Part shown: positions 1-8,365 of the stretch, in pieces
Numbering within the stretch: position 1 is the first letter of the stretch
Layout of the letters: every line of letters starts with the position of its first letter
DNA from: Candidatus Limnocylindrales bacterium
GTDB lineage: Bacteria; Desulfobacterota; Binatia; UBA1149; CAITLU01
DNA: 64,000 nucleotides
Direction of reading: 5' to 3'
NCBI GenBank assembly: GCA_035571835.1
Contig: DATNBU010000034.1
Location: 23,013-87,012 of the forward strand
Notes under the pieces: generated by a model
Database searches by the model: none
Told to the model about the DNA's origin: nothing
What the model saw: only the letters and a program-made list of their open reading frames with translations
Made by a program: the position numbers and the translations under genes

Positions 1-807
1 GCTTCCTGCCACAAGGTAACGAGCCCCGAGCTCGCGGCTGACCTGGCGGATGTCTGCCCGGCGGCCCTTGTACGAAGCTGTCGAGCTGCTCGAGATCACG
101 GGGAAGAGCCGGAACGCGGAGAACCTTGCGATCAGGTCCTCGGCGATCCCGTCGGCGAGGTAGCTCAGCGATGCATCGGTGCCGCGGTCTTCAAATGGCA
201 GCACCGCGAGGACGGGGCGCCCGCTGAAGCCCGGGATCGTCGCGCCTGCCGGTGGTGTGTCGTCCTGGCCGTGCGGAAGCCGGATGCGGAACGCGCGCAC
301 CGGCACCGGGATGTTTTTGAGACTCTGTTCACCGAGGTCCTCGAACGACCCGGCAACCTTGCCGCGGACCTCGTCGATGACGACCGCCGATGCACAGATG
401 CCGCCCGGCAGCGCGAGCCCTTCGAGACGGGCGGCCACATTGATGCCGTCGCCGAAAATTTCGCCCTCTTCGACGAGGATCGAGCCCAGATGGATGCCGA
501 TACGAAAGCGAAGACGCTCGCCTTCGGGAACGCCGGCCTCGGTCTCGGCGAGCTCGGTCTGCACGGCGACGGCGCACGCGACGGCATCGATCGAGCTCGT
601 GAATTCGGCGAGCACGTTGTCGCCCGCGGTGCCGACGATGCGTCCGTGATGCTCGCGCACGTAGCCGCTGAAGGTCTGGCGGCGCGAACGGATCGCGGCG
701 ACCGTTGCCGCATCGTTCTCGGCCATGCGGCGGCTGTAGCCGACCGCGTCGGCGCTCAGGATTGCCCGGAGGTGCCGCTCGACGCCCGCTTGGCTGTCCG
801 CCTGCAT
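1..807 (-). CDS. Class III adenylate/guanylate cyclase domain protein, partial (C-terminal part runs off the window)
   Basis: My own translation of the minus strand from ATG at 807-805 gives MQADSQAGVERHLRAILSADAVGYSRRMAENDAATV...GTAGDNVLAEFTSSIDAVACAVAVQ...RFRIGIHLGSILVEEGEIFGDGINVAARLEGLA, which is typical of a class III cyclase catalytic domain. It continues open to position 1. It is missing from the ORF track because there is no stop inside the window. Confidence 0.8.
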   Translation of the reverse strand, partial: MQADSQAGVERHLRAILSADAVGYSRRMAENDAATVAAIRSRRQTFSGYVREHHGRIVGTAGDNVLAEFTSSIDAVACAVAVQTELAETEAGVPEGERLRFRIGIHLGSILVEEGEIFGDGINVAARLEGLALPGGICASAVVIDEVRGKVAGSFEDLGEQSLKNIPVPVRAFRIRLPHGQDDTPPAGATIPGFSGRPVLAVLPFEDRGTDASLSYLADGIAEDLIARFSAFRLFPVISSSSTASYKGRRADIRQVSRELGARYLVAGS

Positions 808-817
808 CCGAAGCCGC

Positions 818-2659
818 TTAGCGCAGCGCGAGATCGAATGGGAGCCTTGCGTAGATGCCGCGCGGATCGTTGAAGTGCCCGATCGCGACGGCCCCGTCGA
901 TCGCCTCGCGAATCCAGCTTGCGATCATCTCCGACCCGGCCGCCTTTTGCGGCCGCTTGCGCTGGAGCGCCTCGGCGAGCGCTTCGACGAGCGCCTTGCG
1001 TACCGGATACTCGACGACCGTGAATTCCTCTCCGACGGACGCTTTGCCGGCCGCGAAGGCGACGGCTTTGTCGAGCCCGCCGATCTCGTCGACGAGCCCG
1101 AGCTTTGCCGCTTCCGTTCCCGACCACACGCGCCCCTGCGCGATCTCGTTCACCGCAGCGCGGTCCATCTTGCGCGAATCGGCAACCTTGGTGAGGAACT
1201 GGTCGTAGACCCAGTCGACGCTCTTCTGAAGCACCTCGAGCTCTTCGGGAGTTTTCGGGCGAGTGACGGTCGCGGCATCCGCAAACTTGCCGGTCTTGAC
1301 GGTCTGGAACGTGAGCCCGAGCTTGTCGTTGGCAAGACCCTGCACGTTGAACAGCAGGCCGAACACGCCGATCGATCCGGTGATGGTCGTCGGCTCGGCG
1401 AAGATGCGGTCGGAGTAAGTCGAAATCCAGTAGCCTCCGGACGCGGCGAGGCTTCCCATCGAAACGATGACCGGTCTGGTTTTCTGGATGAGGCGGACTT
1501 CGCGCTGGATCGTCTCGGATGCGGTCACGCTTCCGCCGGGACTGTTGACGCGAAGCACGAGAGCCTTGACGGCATCGTCGCGGCGAATTTCGCGAAGGTC
1601 GCGCGCGACCTTGTCGCCCCACACGACGCCCTGATCGGTGCCGGTGCCGTCGACGATCGTTCCTTCGGCGTAGACGATCGCGATTTTCTGCGCGCTCGAA
1701 GTTGCCGAGCCGTGGTCGCTCCTTTTCGAAGCGAGATTGTTCGGCGGAACGAGTTTCGCGTAATCGCCCATCGAGATCTGCTTGAACGGCTCCTTGGCGT
1801 TCTTGGTACCGGTAGCCGTGTGAAGCTCGTCGAGCATCTCGTCGAGATAGCCGACGCGATCGATCAGGTGCGACTCGACGGCTTTGTCGGCGCGAATGAT
1901 TCCCTCGGCGTCCGCGATTTTCAGCAGACCGCCGGGCTCGAGGTTGCGCGCCTTTTCGATCGATCCCGAAAGATCTCCCCAGATGTCGTCGATCAGCTTC
2001 TGGGTCTGCGCGCGGCTCTCGGGGCTCATGTCCTTGCGCGTGTACGGCTCGACCGCGCTTTTGTATTTGCCGACGCGCGTCACCTGCACGCCGATCCCGA
2101 ACTTCTCGAACGCTCCCGCGTAGAACATCGGCTGCGACGCGAGGCCAGGCACCAGCAGCGCACCGAACGGATCGAGCACGACTTCGTCGGCCGCCGACGC
2201 GAGATAGTATTCGCGCGTCCCGCCGAAGTTGAGCCATGTCTTGACCGGTTTGCCCGCAGCGCGGAATGCGCCGATCGCATCGCGGATTTCCTTGAGCGCG
2301 GCGAAGCCCGTCGAGTGGCCTGGAGACAGATCCTGTCCGGAAAGATAGAGCCCTGCGATGTCCGAATCTCTCGCTGCCGCTTCGAGCGCGCGCGTGACCT
2401 GTCGCGACTGAAGCACGTGCGGGCGAGTGTCCTCGTTGAAGAGACCCGCCAGATCCTCGATGCCGCCGGTCGAAACCGGCGCGTCCTGGAAGTCGTCCGA
2501 CAGGTCGAGCACCAGGTACGATCCGGGCTGGATCGTCGTCTGCGGCTCGGGCTTGGTGCCGATGCCGCTCAGCAGAACGGCCGCGACGATCGAAAGCGAC
2601 AGCAGCAGCATCGCCACCGCAGCCAGGGTTCCGAAAAAGGACGCAAAGAAGCTTTTCAT
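818..2659 (-). CDS. sppA: Signal peptide peptidase SppA, 67K type
   Basis: 613-aa ORF with an N-terminal TM segment and two ClpP-fold halves. Motifs: SPGGSVTASE and MGSLAASGGYWISTYSDRIFAEPTTITGSIGVFG. Confidence 0.9.
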   Translation of the reverse strand: MKSFFASFFGTLAAVAMLLLSLSIVAAVLLSGIGTKPEPQTTIQPGSYLVLDLSDDFQDAPVSTGGIEDLAGLFNEDTRPHVLQSRQVTRALEAAARDSDIAGLYLSGQDLSPGHSTGFAALKEIRDAIGAFRAAGKPVKTWLNFGGTREYYLASAADEVVLDPFGALLVPGLASQPMFYAGAFEKFGIGVQVTRVGKYKSAVEPYTRKDMSPESRAQTQKLIDDIWGDLSGSIEKARNLEPGGLLKIADAEGIIRADKAVESHLIDRVGYLDEMLDELHTATGTKNAKEPFKQISMGDYAKLVPPNNLASKRSDHGSATSSAQKIAIVYAEGTIVDGTGTDQGVVWGDKVARDLREIRRDDAVKALVLRVNSPGGSVTASETIQREVRLIQKTRPVIVSMGSLAASGGYWISTYSDRIFAEPTTITGSIGVFGLLFNVQGLANDKLGLTFQTVKTGKFADAATVTRPKTPEELEVLQKSVDWVYDQFLTKVADSRKMDRAAVNEIAQGRVWSGTEAAKLGLVDEIGGLDKAVAFAAGKASVGEEFTVVEYPVRKALVEALAEALQRKRPQKAAGSEMIASWIREAIDGAVAIGHFNDPRGIYARLPFDLALR

Positions 2660-2813
2660 TACGGTTTGCCGTCACGCCCGACCGGGAATTTCCGCCGCTG
2701 GTTTGCAGGGCGGGCGCGTTGTCTCGACGGTGACTGCCGCGTGACGGAATGTAAACCGGGATTGGCCGAATCCGTGATCCGGATGGCCTGTTCAGGCGCT
2801 CGTGCCGCCGGTT

Positions 2814-3407
2814 TCAGGCGTTCGGATGCGTCAGGAAGTCGCGGATCAGCCGGATGACTTCCCGGCCGGCCTCGTCCTTTTCTTCTTCGGCGAAGCCGCC
2901 GGCCGCGAGAAGCCACGGTTCGAACACGAGCCATCCGAATGCGACGGCCCCTGCGAGCATCGCAACCGAACGAGGATCGGCGTCCGTCGGTCCCTTGCCC
3001 TGAGCCTGGAGATCACGGATCAGATCGATCGCGCGTCCCATCGTCGGAAACGTTTTCTGCACGCAGTTGATCGGCTGTCCGTCGAGCATCGTGCGCGCGA
3101 GAAGCTTCCAGTACGTCTCCTGCTCGCGCACCGCATGAAAGAAGCGCAGCAGGATCGCGCTGGCTTCGCCTTCCTGGTCGACGGATGCGATCTCGGCGCT
3201 CAGACCTTCGAGCACTTCGCGCAGTAGTGCTTCCTTGGTGCGGAAGTGACGATGGATCAGACCGTTGTTGACGTGTGCCTTGGATGCGATCTCGCGCGTC
3301 GAAACCGCCTCGGCGCCTTTTTCCGCAAACAGCTCTGCTGCTGCACGCAGAAGCGCATCCCGCGTCGCTCCTCGTACGGCGTTCGTGTCCTGGTCCGAGA
3401 CACTCAT
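2814..3407 (-). CDS. TetR/AcrR family transcriptional regulator
   Basis: 197 aa. N-terminal HTH region: RDALLRAAAELFAEKGAEAVSTREIASKAHVNNGLIHRHFRTKEALL. Confidence 0.9.
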   Translation of the reverse strand: MSVSDQDTNAVRGATRDALLRAAAELFAEKGAEAVSTREIASKAHVNNGLIHRHFRTKEALLREVLEGLSAEIASVDQEGEASAILLRFFHAVREQETYWKLLARTMLDGQPINCVQKTFPTMGRAIDLIRDLQAQGKGPTDADPRSVAMLAGAVAFGWLVFEPWLLAAGGFAEEEKDEAGREVIRLIRDFLTHPNA

Positions 3408-3730
3408 GCGTTGATCCCCTTTTGCGACGCACGTTCCGTTTGCGAGAATCGAACGCCGCTCCTGCGCGACTCCAGGTACGAAGCCGCTCGCGGCTGAGGT
3501 CGCGACGCGCCCCGCTGCGCGACTCGAATCCCAACCTTCGAGTTAGAAAATGTCACGTTTGTCAGTACTGGGGCAACTGAGACGTGGATTACTTTTTGCG
3601 GCGCAGTGCGTCGCGACGGGTCGCGCAAACGCCTCCAGTTCCCAACCCGCATCGTCTTTGCCAAGCTCGGCCGGACTCACATTGATCCAGCGGGCATCCC
3701 GCTCGCCGGTTTCCGACGGAGGTGGCAAGC

Positions 3731-4201
3731 ATGGCAGTCCGACCGATCCCGCAAGGCTACGAAGGTGCGATCCCGTACCTGTCGTGTCGAAACGCAGCAG
3801 CGGCCCTCGACTTCTATCGCAGCGCGTTCGGTGCCACCGAGCACATGCGCATGATGCAACCCGACGGCCGCGTCGGCCACGCCGAGATCCAGATCGGAAG
3901 CGCTCGCATCATGCTGGCCGACGAGTTTCCGGAGATGGGTTTCCAGAGCCCGATCGCTCTCGGCGGCACGCCTGCCGGGATTCATCTTTACGTCGAAGAC
4001 GTCGATGCGGTGGTCGCGCGCGCGAAGGCCGCCGGCGCAAAAGTGGTGCGCGAACCGGCCGACCAGTTCTACGGCGACCGTTCGGCAACGCTCGAAGATC
4101 CGAGCGGCCACCGCTGGTTCTTCGCGACCCACAAGGAAGACCTGACGCCGGACGAGATCGACCGCCGCCGCGCGGCGATGGAACAGACCGAAGGGCGGTA
4201 G
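3731..4201 (+). CDS. VOC (glyoxalase/bleomycin-resistance fold) family protein, PhnB-like
   Basis: MAVRPIPQGYEGAIPYLSC...HAEIQIGSARIMLADEFPE...LYVEDVDAVVARAKAAGAKVVREPADQFYGDRSATLEDPSGHRWFFATH. I prefer ATG 3731 over the track start 3722 because GGAGG lies 8 nt upstream of it. Confidence 0.85.
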   Translation: MAVRPIPQGYEGAIPYLSCRNAAAALDFYRSAFGATEHMRMMQPDGRVGHAEIQIGSARIMLADEFPEMGFQSPIALGGTPAGIHLYVEDVDAVVARAKAAGAKVVREPADQFYGDRSATLEDPSGHRWFFATHKEDLTPDEIDRRRAAMEQTEGR

Positions 4202-4339
4202 CGCAGCGGCCGCACACGTAGCGGGGGGCGCATGTTCTTCCGCTGAGCGCCCTCGGCGCTTGCCTCTTGTCGTAGCCGCGCATTGCCATTATCCGGAAGG
4301 CCGTCCGCCGGCGGAGGAGCCGGCGAGGGGGAGGAGATC

Positions 4340-5521
4340 ATGCGCCTTTTTGTGTTTCCTTTGCCGGTCGTCCGGCTGTTCGTGTTCGTCGGCATTCTCG
4401 CTGCTTGCGTCCCGGCGACCGCCGGCACGCAGATGAAAGCGTCGCTCGTCTCGGCGCCGCTCACTTGCAGCGCCGGTGCGTGCCAGGTCACCGGTAGCGC
4501 CTGCACGACGAACGCGGACTGCGGCGACGTCATTTCCTCGAAGTCGAAGGGCCAGATCGCCGGAACCGGCATCGGCAAATTCACCGTCAAGGGAGTTGTC
4601 GGGGCCGGCGGTACGCCGGTGACGACCGACGGCATCGCCGGCACGGACGACGACTATGTGATCGGAATCCTCGCACTGCCGGCCGACGGCGACGTGCGTT
4701 TCAGCTCTCTGAAACTCGATCTGAGCAACGGCGCCGGATCGGTGACGGGCGACCTGAGCTCGCTGTTTACAGCAGCTGGTGGACCGTTTGCACCGATCGT
4801 CGTTCTTACCACGCCGCTCCCGGCTCCGGCCACGTGCCCCGGTGCGAATTCGCCGGCCGAGATTGCCGCGCGACTGGACAACAACAACTGTGCCAACGGA
4901 GAACAGATCGGATACGGCGGCATCAGCACCGACGAGACGGATTCGGCCAAGTACAAGATCTCGCTGACGGCGCCGGACCAGACCTGCGAGGCCGGCGAGT
5001 GCAATGCCGGCAGTTGCGTCGCGAACTCCGATTCCTGCACGACCAACAGCGACTGCAACCGTTGCAGTTTTTCCGCAACGATCTGCGCGACCAATGCCGA
5101 CTGCGGGTTCGCGATCTCCCCGACCTCGAAGATCCAGGTCGCCAGCAGCGGCAAGACGAAGGTTTCGATCAAGGGAATGCTCGCGAGCGACGGCACTCCG
5201 ATCACGACCGACGGAACGGTCGGCACCAGCGACGACTACCTCGTCTTCATCGTCGCCGACCTCTTCGGCGCCGGGCAATCCGCGACGAGCCTCAAGCTGG
5301 AGCTGAAAGACGGCAAGGGAAAGATCAGCGCGGATCTGAGCGAGTGGTTCAGTCCGGCGTTCGAGTCGGGCCTTCTCTTCGTATTCGTCGTGACGCCGCC
5401 GCCGGCGCCGTCAACCTGCCCGGGAACCAACTCGGCCGCCGACATCGCGGCACGTGCGGAAGATGCCGGCTGCGACGACGGATACGCGGTCGGAATCGGA
5501 GGGATCCAGCTGGACGAATGA
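4340..5521 (+). CDS. Secreted Cys-rich protein of unknown function built from two tandem ~170-180 aa repeats
   Basis: ATG 4340 is preceded by GAGGGGGAGGAG. Hydrophobic signal-like N-terminus MRLFVFPLPVVRLFVFVGILAACVPATAG. There are two copies of the same module; see the repeat feature. Confidence 0.8.
   Translation: MRLFVFPLPVVRLFVFVGILAACVPATAGTQMKASLVSAPLTCSAGACQVTGSACTTNADCGDVISSKSKGQIAGTGIGKFTVKGVVGAGGTPVTTDGIAGTDDDYVIGILALPADGDVRFSSLKLDLSNGAGSVTGDLSSLFTAAGGPFAPIVVLTTPLPAPATCPGANSPAEIAARLDNNNCANGEQIGYGGISTDETDSAKYKISLTAPDQTCEAGECNAGSCVANSDSCTTNSDCNRCSFSATICATNADCGFAISPTSKIQVASSGKTKVSIKGMLASDGTPITTDGTVGTSDDYLVFIVADLFGAGQSATSLKLELKDGKGKISADLSEWFSPAFESGLLFVFVVTPPPAPSTCPGTNSAADIAARAEDAGCDDGYAVGIGGIQLDE
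4460..5518 (+). repeat. Intragenic tandem duplication (repeat 1 about 4460-4936, repeat 2 about 4979-5518)
   Basis: Both copies share, in the same order: a Cys cap (C..G.C......C.TN.DC), K.Q(I/V)...G..K..(V/I)KG......GTP(V/I)TTDG..GT.DDY, S.SLKL(D/E)L..G.G.(V/I).(G/A)DLS, PPAP(A/S)TCPG(A/T)NS.A(E/D)IAAR, then GGI....DE. Confidence 0.75.
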
Positions 5522-5652
5522 CGCGCGACGCGTAACTCCTCGCTGGACCGGATCGCTGACCGTCCGGAGCGAGGCCAATCACGACTGCCACGTCGACTGC
5601 GCGGATCTCGGCTCGTGCAATCCGCGGCAGCAACAACCGCCACGACGGAGCT

Positions 5653-7527
5653 CTACTTCGTGATCGTGATCGACTGCGACCGTATCGTGGTCGTTGTGGT
5701 CCCCGGATAACTGATCGTCGCCTTGATCACCGCCGCGCCGGTCCCCGACTTCCCGAGTTGCCAGTTGTAGATGAACTGATCGGTCGCGGGATCGTACTTC
5801 GCACACGCAGGTACGAGCGTCTGCGCGCCGGTCGCAGAGACCTTGACCTTGCATGGAGACGACACGAGCGCGGCCGCGGCAGCGTCGGAGATGCGAGCAC
5901 CGGTGGCGTCGATCAAAGCGAACTTGACCGGCACGGTCTGTCCGACCTTCCACTTCGAGCCGGGCGCGGGCGAGAAGAAGCCGAGGAACCCATAGCTGAC
6001 GACGTAGTGGAAGCGCTGGTTGGTCGAGTTGCCGGCGTTGTCGGTTGCATGGCATGCGACCGTGTGGTCGCCGAGCGTGGCCGTGGTAACGGCATCGCAA
6101 CTGGATGTCGCGACACCGGACGTCGCGTCCGTCGCGTGCGGGAGGGCCGTGCCGACCGCGCCGAGGAGCAGCGGATTCGGAGTGACCGTCGGCGCGAGCT
6201 CGGGCGCGGTCTGGTCGATCTTTATGGCGACGACAACCGGCGTCTCCTTGTTGCCCGCCCTGTCCACGCTTGCTGCGTACACGGTGTGCGCGCCGTCGTT
6301 TGCGACGTTCGTCAGGTCGCAGTCCGCGTCCGGCAGATCGTCGAACGACGATGGCGCGGGATTCGGATCGAGCGCGCAGCGGGTTTGCGCGAGGCCGTTG
6401 CCAGCCACACCGTCGTCGGCGACGGGGTCGTCGGCCGAGATGTCGACGGTGACGTCGCTCGTGTACCAGCCGTTCGACCCGTGCGTGCCGCTTGGCGTGA
6501 TTGTCGTCGTGGGCGCCTCCGCGTCGACAGTTGCGATCGAGATGCCGGTCGCGTGTGCTTCAGTCTGGTTCGGGGCGGCATCGAACAGTGGCCCGATAGT
6601 GGATCCGACGACATCCGTGACGGCGTCGATCGCGGTGATGGTTCCGTCGCTGTAGTTCGACGAGTAAACGGTCGCTTCGTCGGGCGTCAGCCTCGGGAAC
6701 AATGGGCTCAGGTGACCGATGTCAATCGAGACAGGCGGCGCGGAGAAATTGGCCGTGTCGATTTTGCTGACCACCGTGGTTTGCTCGCTCGCCGCGTAGA
6801 GGGTGCTTCCGTCCTGCGTAAGCGCCAGGCCTCTCGGACCGCCAGGTACCGAGACGGTTTCGGTAATCGTGCCGGTCCCGAGGTCGACCGCGCTGACCTT
6901 GCCGAGGTTGAAGCGACTTACGTACGCCGTCGTGTCGTCCGGTGACAACACAACGGCATAGGCGGAGCCGCCGATGGCGATCGTTCCGGTCACGACGTTC
7001 GTCGCCGTATCGATGACCGACAAGTTCTCACCGTAGAAATCGGCGACGTAGAGCGTCGAGTCGTCCGACGTGACGGCGAGGCCTGTTGGTGCAGCGCCTT
7101 GCGCGACAGGGATCGTTGCAGTCACGGTCTTTGTGGCCGTGTCGATGACGCTGATCGTCGAGCTACCGGCGTTGGCGACGTACGCGGTGCTTCCGTCGTG
7201 CTTGAACGCGATCGTGATCGGGTGAACGTCGACGGCGATGGGAGTCCCGGCGGTGTTCGAAGCTACGTCGATCGGCGTGACTTTGCCGTCCACGTAACTC
7301 GTGACCCAGACCGTCTGGCCGTCTGGCGCAAGTGTCGAGCCGTATGGATTCGGGACGCTGATCGTTGACTCCAGCGTTGCGCTCGAGAGGTCGACCGGCC
7401 TTACCTGGCCGATGTCGAAGCCGGACACGTACGCGACGAACTTCGTCGCCGACGACGCGTAGGCGGTCGAGACCACCGCGCATGCCAATGTGACAATTGT
7501 CGAGACGACGATGCAGCGTACCTTCAT
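5653..7527 (-). CDS. Secreted YVTN-type beta-propeller repeat protein with C-terminal Ig-like/beta-sandwich region
   Basis: 624 aa. Signal-like N-terminus MKVRCIVVSTIVTLACAVVSTAYA. About 40-aa repeats of the type P.G(L/I)A..PDG.T.YV.....(S/T)(V/I)S.ID..T..V..TI.V. The C-terminal part contains NGWYTSDVTVDISADD...DGAHTVYAASVDRAGN. Confidence 0.85.
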   Translation of the reverse strand: MKVRCIVVSTIVTLACAVVSTAYASSATKFVAYVSGFDIGQVRPVDLSSATLESTISVPNPYGSTLAPDGQTVWVTSYVDGKVTPIDVASNTAGTPIAVDVHPITIAFKHDGSTAYVANAGSSTISVIDTATKTVTATIPVAQGAAPTGLAVTSDDSTLYVADFYGENLSVIDTATNVVTGTIAIGGSAYAVVLSPDDTTAYVSRFNLGKVSAVDLGTGTITETVSVPGGPRGLALTQDGSTLYAASEQTTVVSKIDTANFSAPPVSIDIGHLSPLFPRLTPDEATVYSSNYSDGTITAIDAVTDVVGSTIGPLFDAAPNQTEAHATGISIATVDAEAPTTTITPSGTHGSNGWYTSDVTVDISADDPVADDGVAGNGLAQTRCALDPNPAPSSFDDLPDADCDLTNVANDGAHTVYAASVDRAGNKETPVVVAIKIDQTAPELAPTVTPNPLLLGAVGTALPHATDATSGVATSSCDAVTTATLGDHTVACHATDNAGNSTNQRFHYVVSYGFLGFFSPAPGSKWKVGQTVPVKFALIDATGARISDAAAAALVSSPCKVKVSATGAQTLVPACAKYDPATDQFIYNWQLGKSGTGAAVIKATISYPGTTTTTIRSQSITITK

Positions 7528-8365
7528 GCAGAATCCCCTTTCGCGTCCGCTAACATAGTTGCCACAGCCACACTAGCGGATCGTTCGCCGCTGGCTGGTC
7601 GTCTGGCGGGACATGCTGTGAGATTGCTCGAATGGCAGCTCGCAAACACAAGCCGCGTAGCCACCTGGTCCGCGCCTGCACGAATTTCGTCTCCGACCGG
7701 CACTCGTGCACCTGTGGCCGTCGCGCTCGCGAGTCCGCGAGCGTCGGCTGGATCGCTGCTGCGGCCGCCGTCTTCCTTCCAGCTCAGCCTGTTCGTACCG
7801 TGGCGACCGAACACTCCGGTCGACGAGCTCGACGCGTCGTGGACCCGGCGCAGTCGAACATTCCCCGGGGAATGTTGACGATGGCGACGTCAGGTTTCGT
7901 CGGAGGCACGCGCGCGGTGTGCATCAGTGCTTGGACATCGCATCAAGCCGAGATGCCACGCGCGCTGTTGTGGCATAACGAATGCCACAATGCATGACCC
8001 ATTCTGACTGGACGAGATTCGAAAAAAAATGCGCAGTGATTTTTTTCACATTCCATGACGGAATCTTGTGACTATGGACCGTGTCGTCAATTGCGTGAGC
8101 AGGTGTCGTTGCAACTGACACCTCTTATGAATCCTCTTTAGCCGAGGCAACTTGCGATCTGCGCTGACAGGCGTGTCGGTTCGTCTCTGTATTCGCGAAG
8201 TGGCTGCGAACAAATTCGTCAGCGTGAATGTGCATTGTAAATGTCGAGTCGCTTTGGCTTTTTTCACTCCGTCACGGCGCCACGTTCGTTGACTCTAGGG
8301 TGTCGACAGCGCACAAGCTGCCTGCCTGCACGTCGCAGGCTCACACACACAGTCTGGAGGAACTC

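Noticed and set aside
165-873. Track ORFs 165-713, 179-649, 271-873 and 329-577 as candidate genes.
   Set aside because: These are off-frame or antisense readings of the partial adenylate cyclase gene (1-807, minus).
756-2857. Very long ORFs overlapping sppA in other frames or on the other strand (756-2675 minus, 639 aa; 875-2857 plus, 660 aa).
   Set aside because: Their translations are Arg/Gly/Ala/Asp-rich low-complexity strings with no motifs, typical shadow ORFs of a high-GC genome. The overlapping frame 818-2659 has unmistakable SppA motifs.
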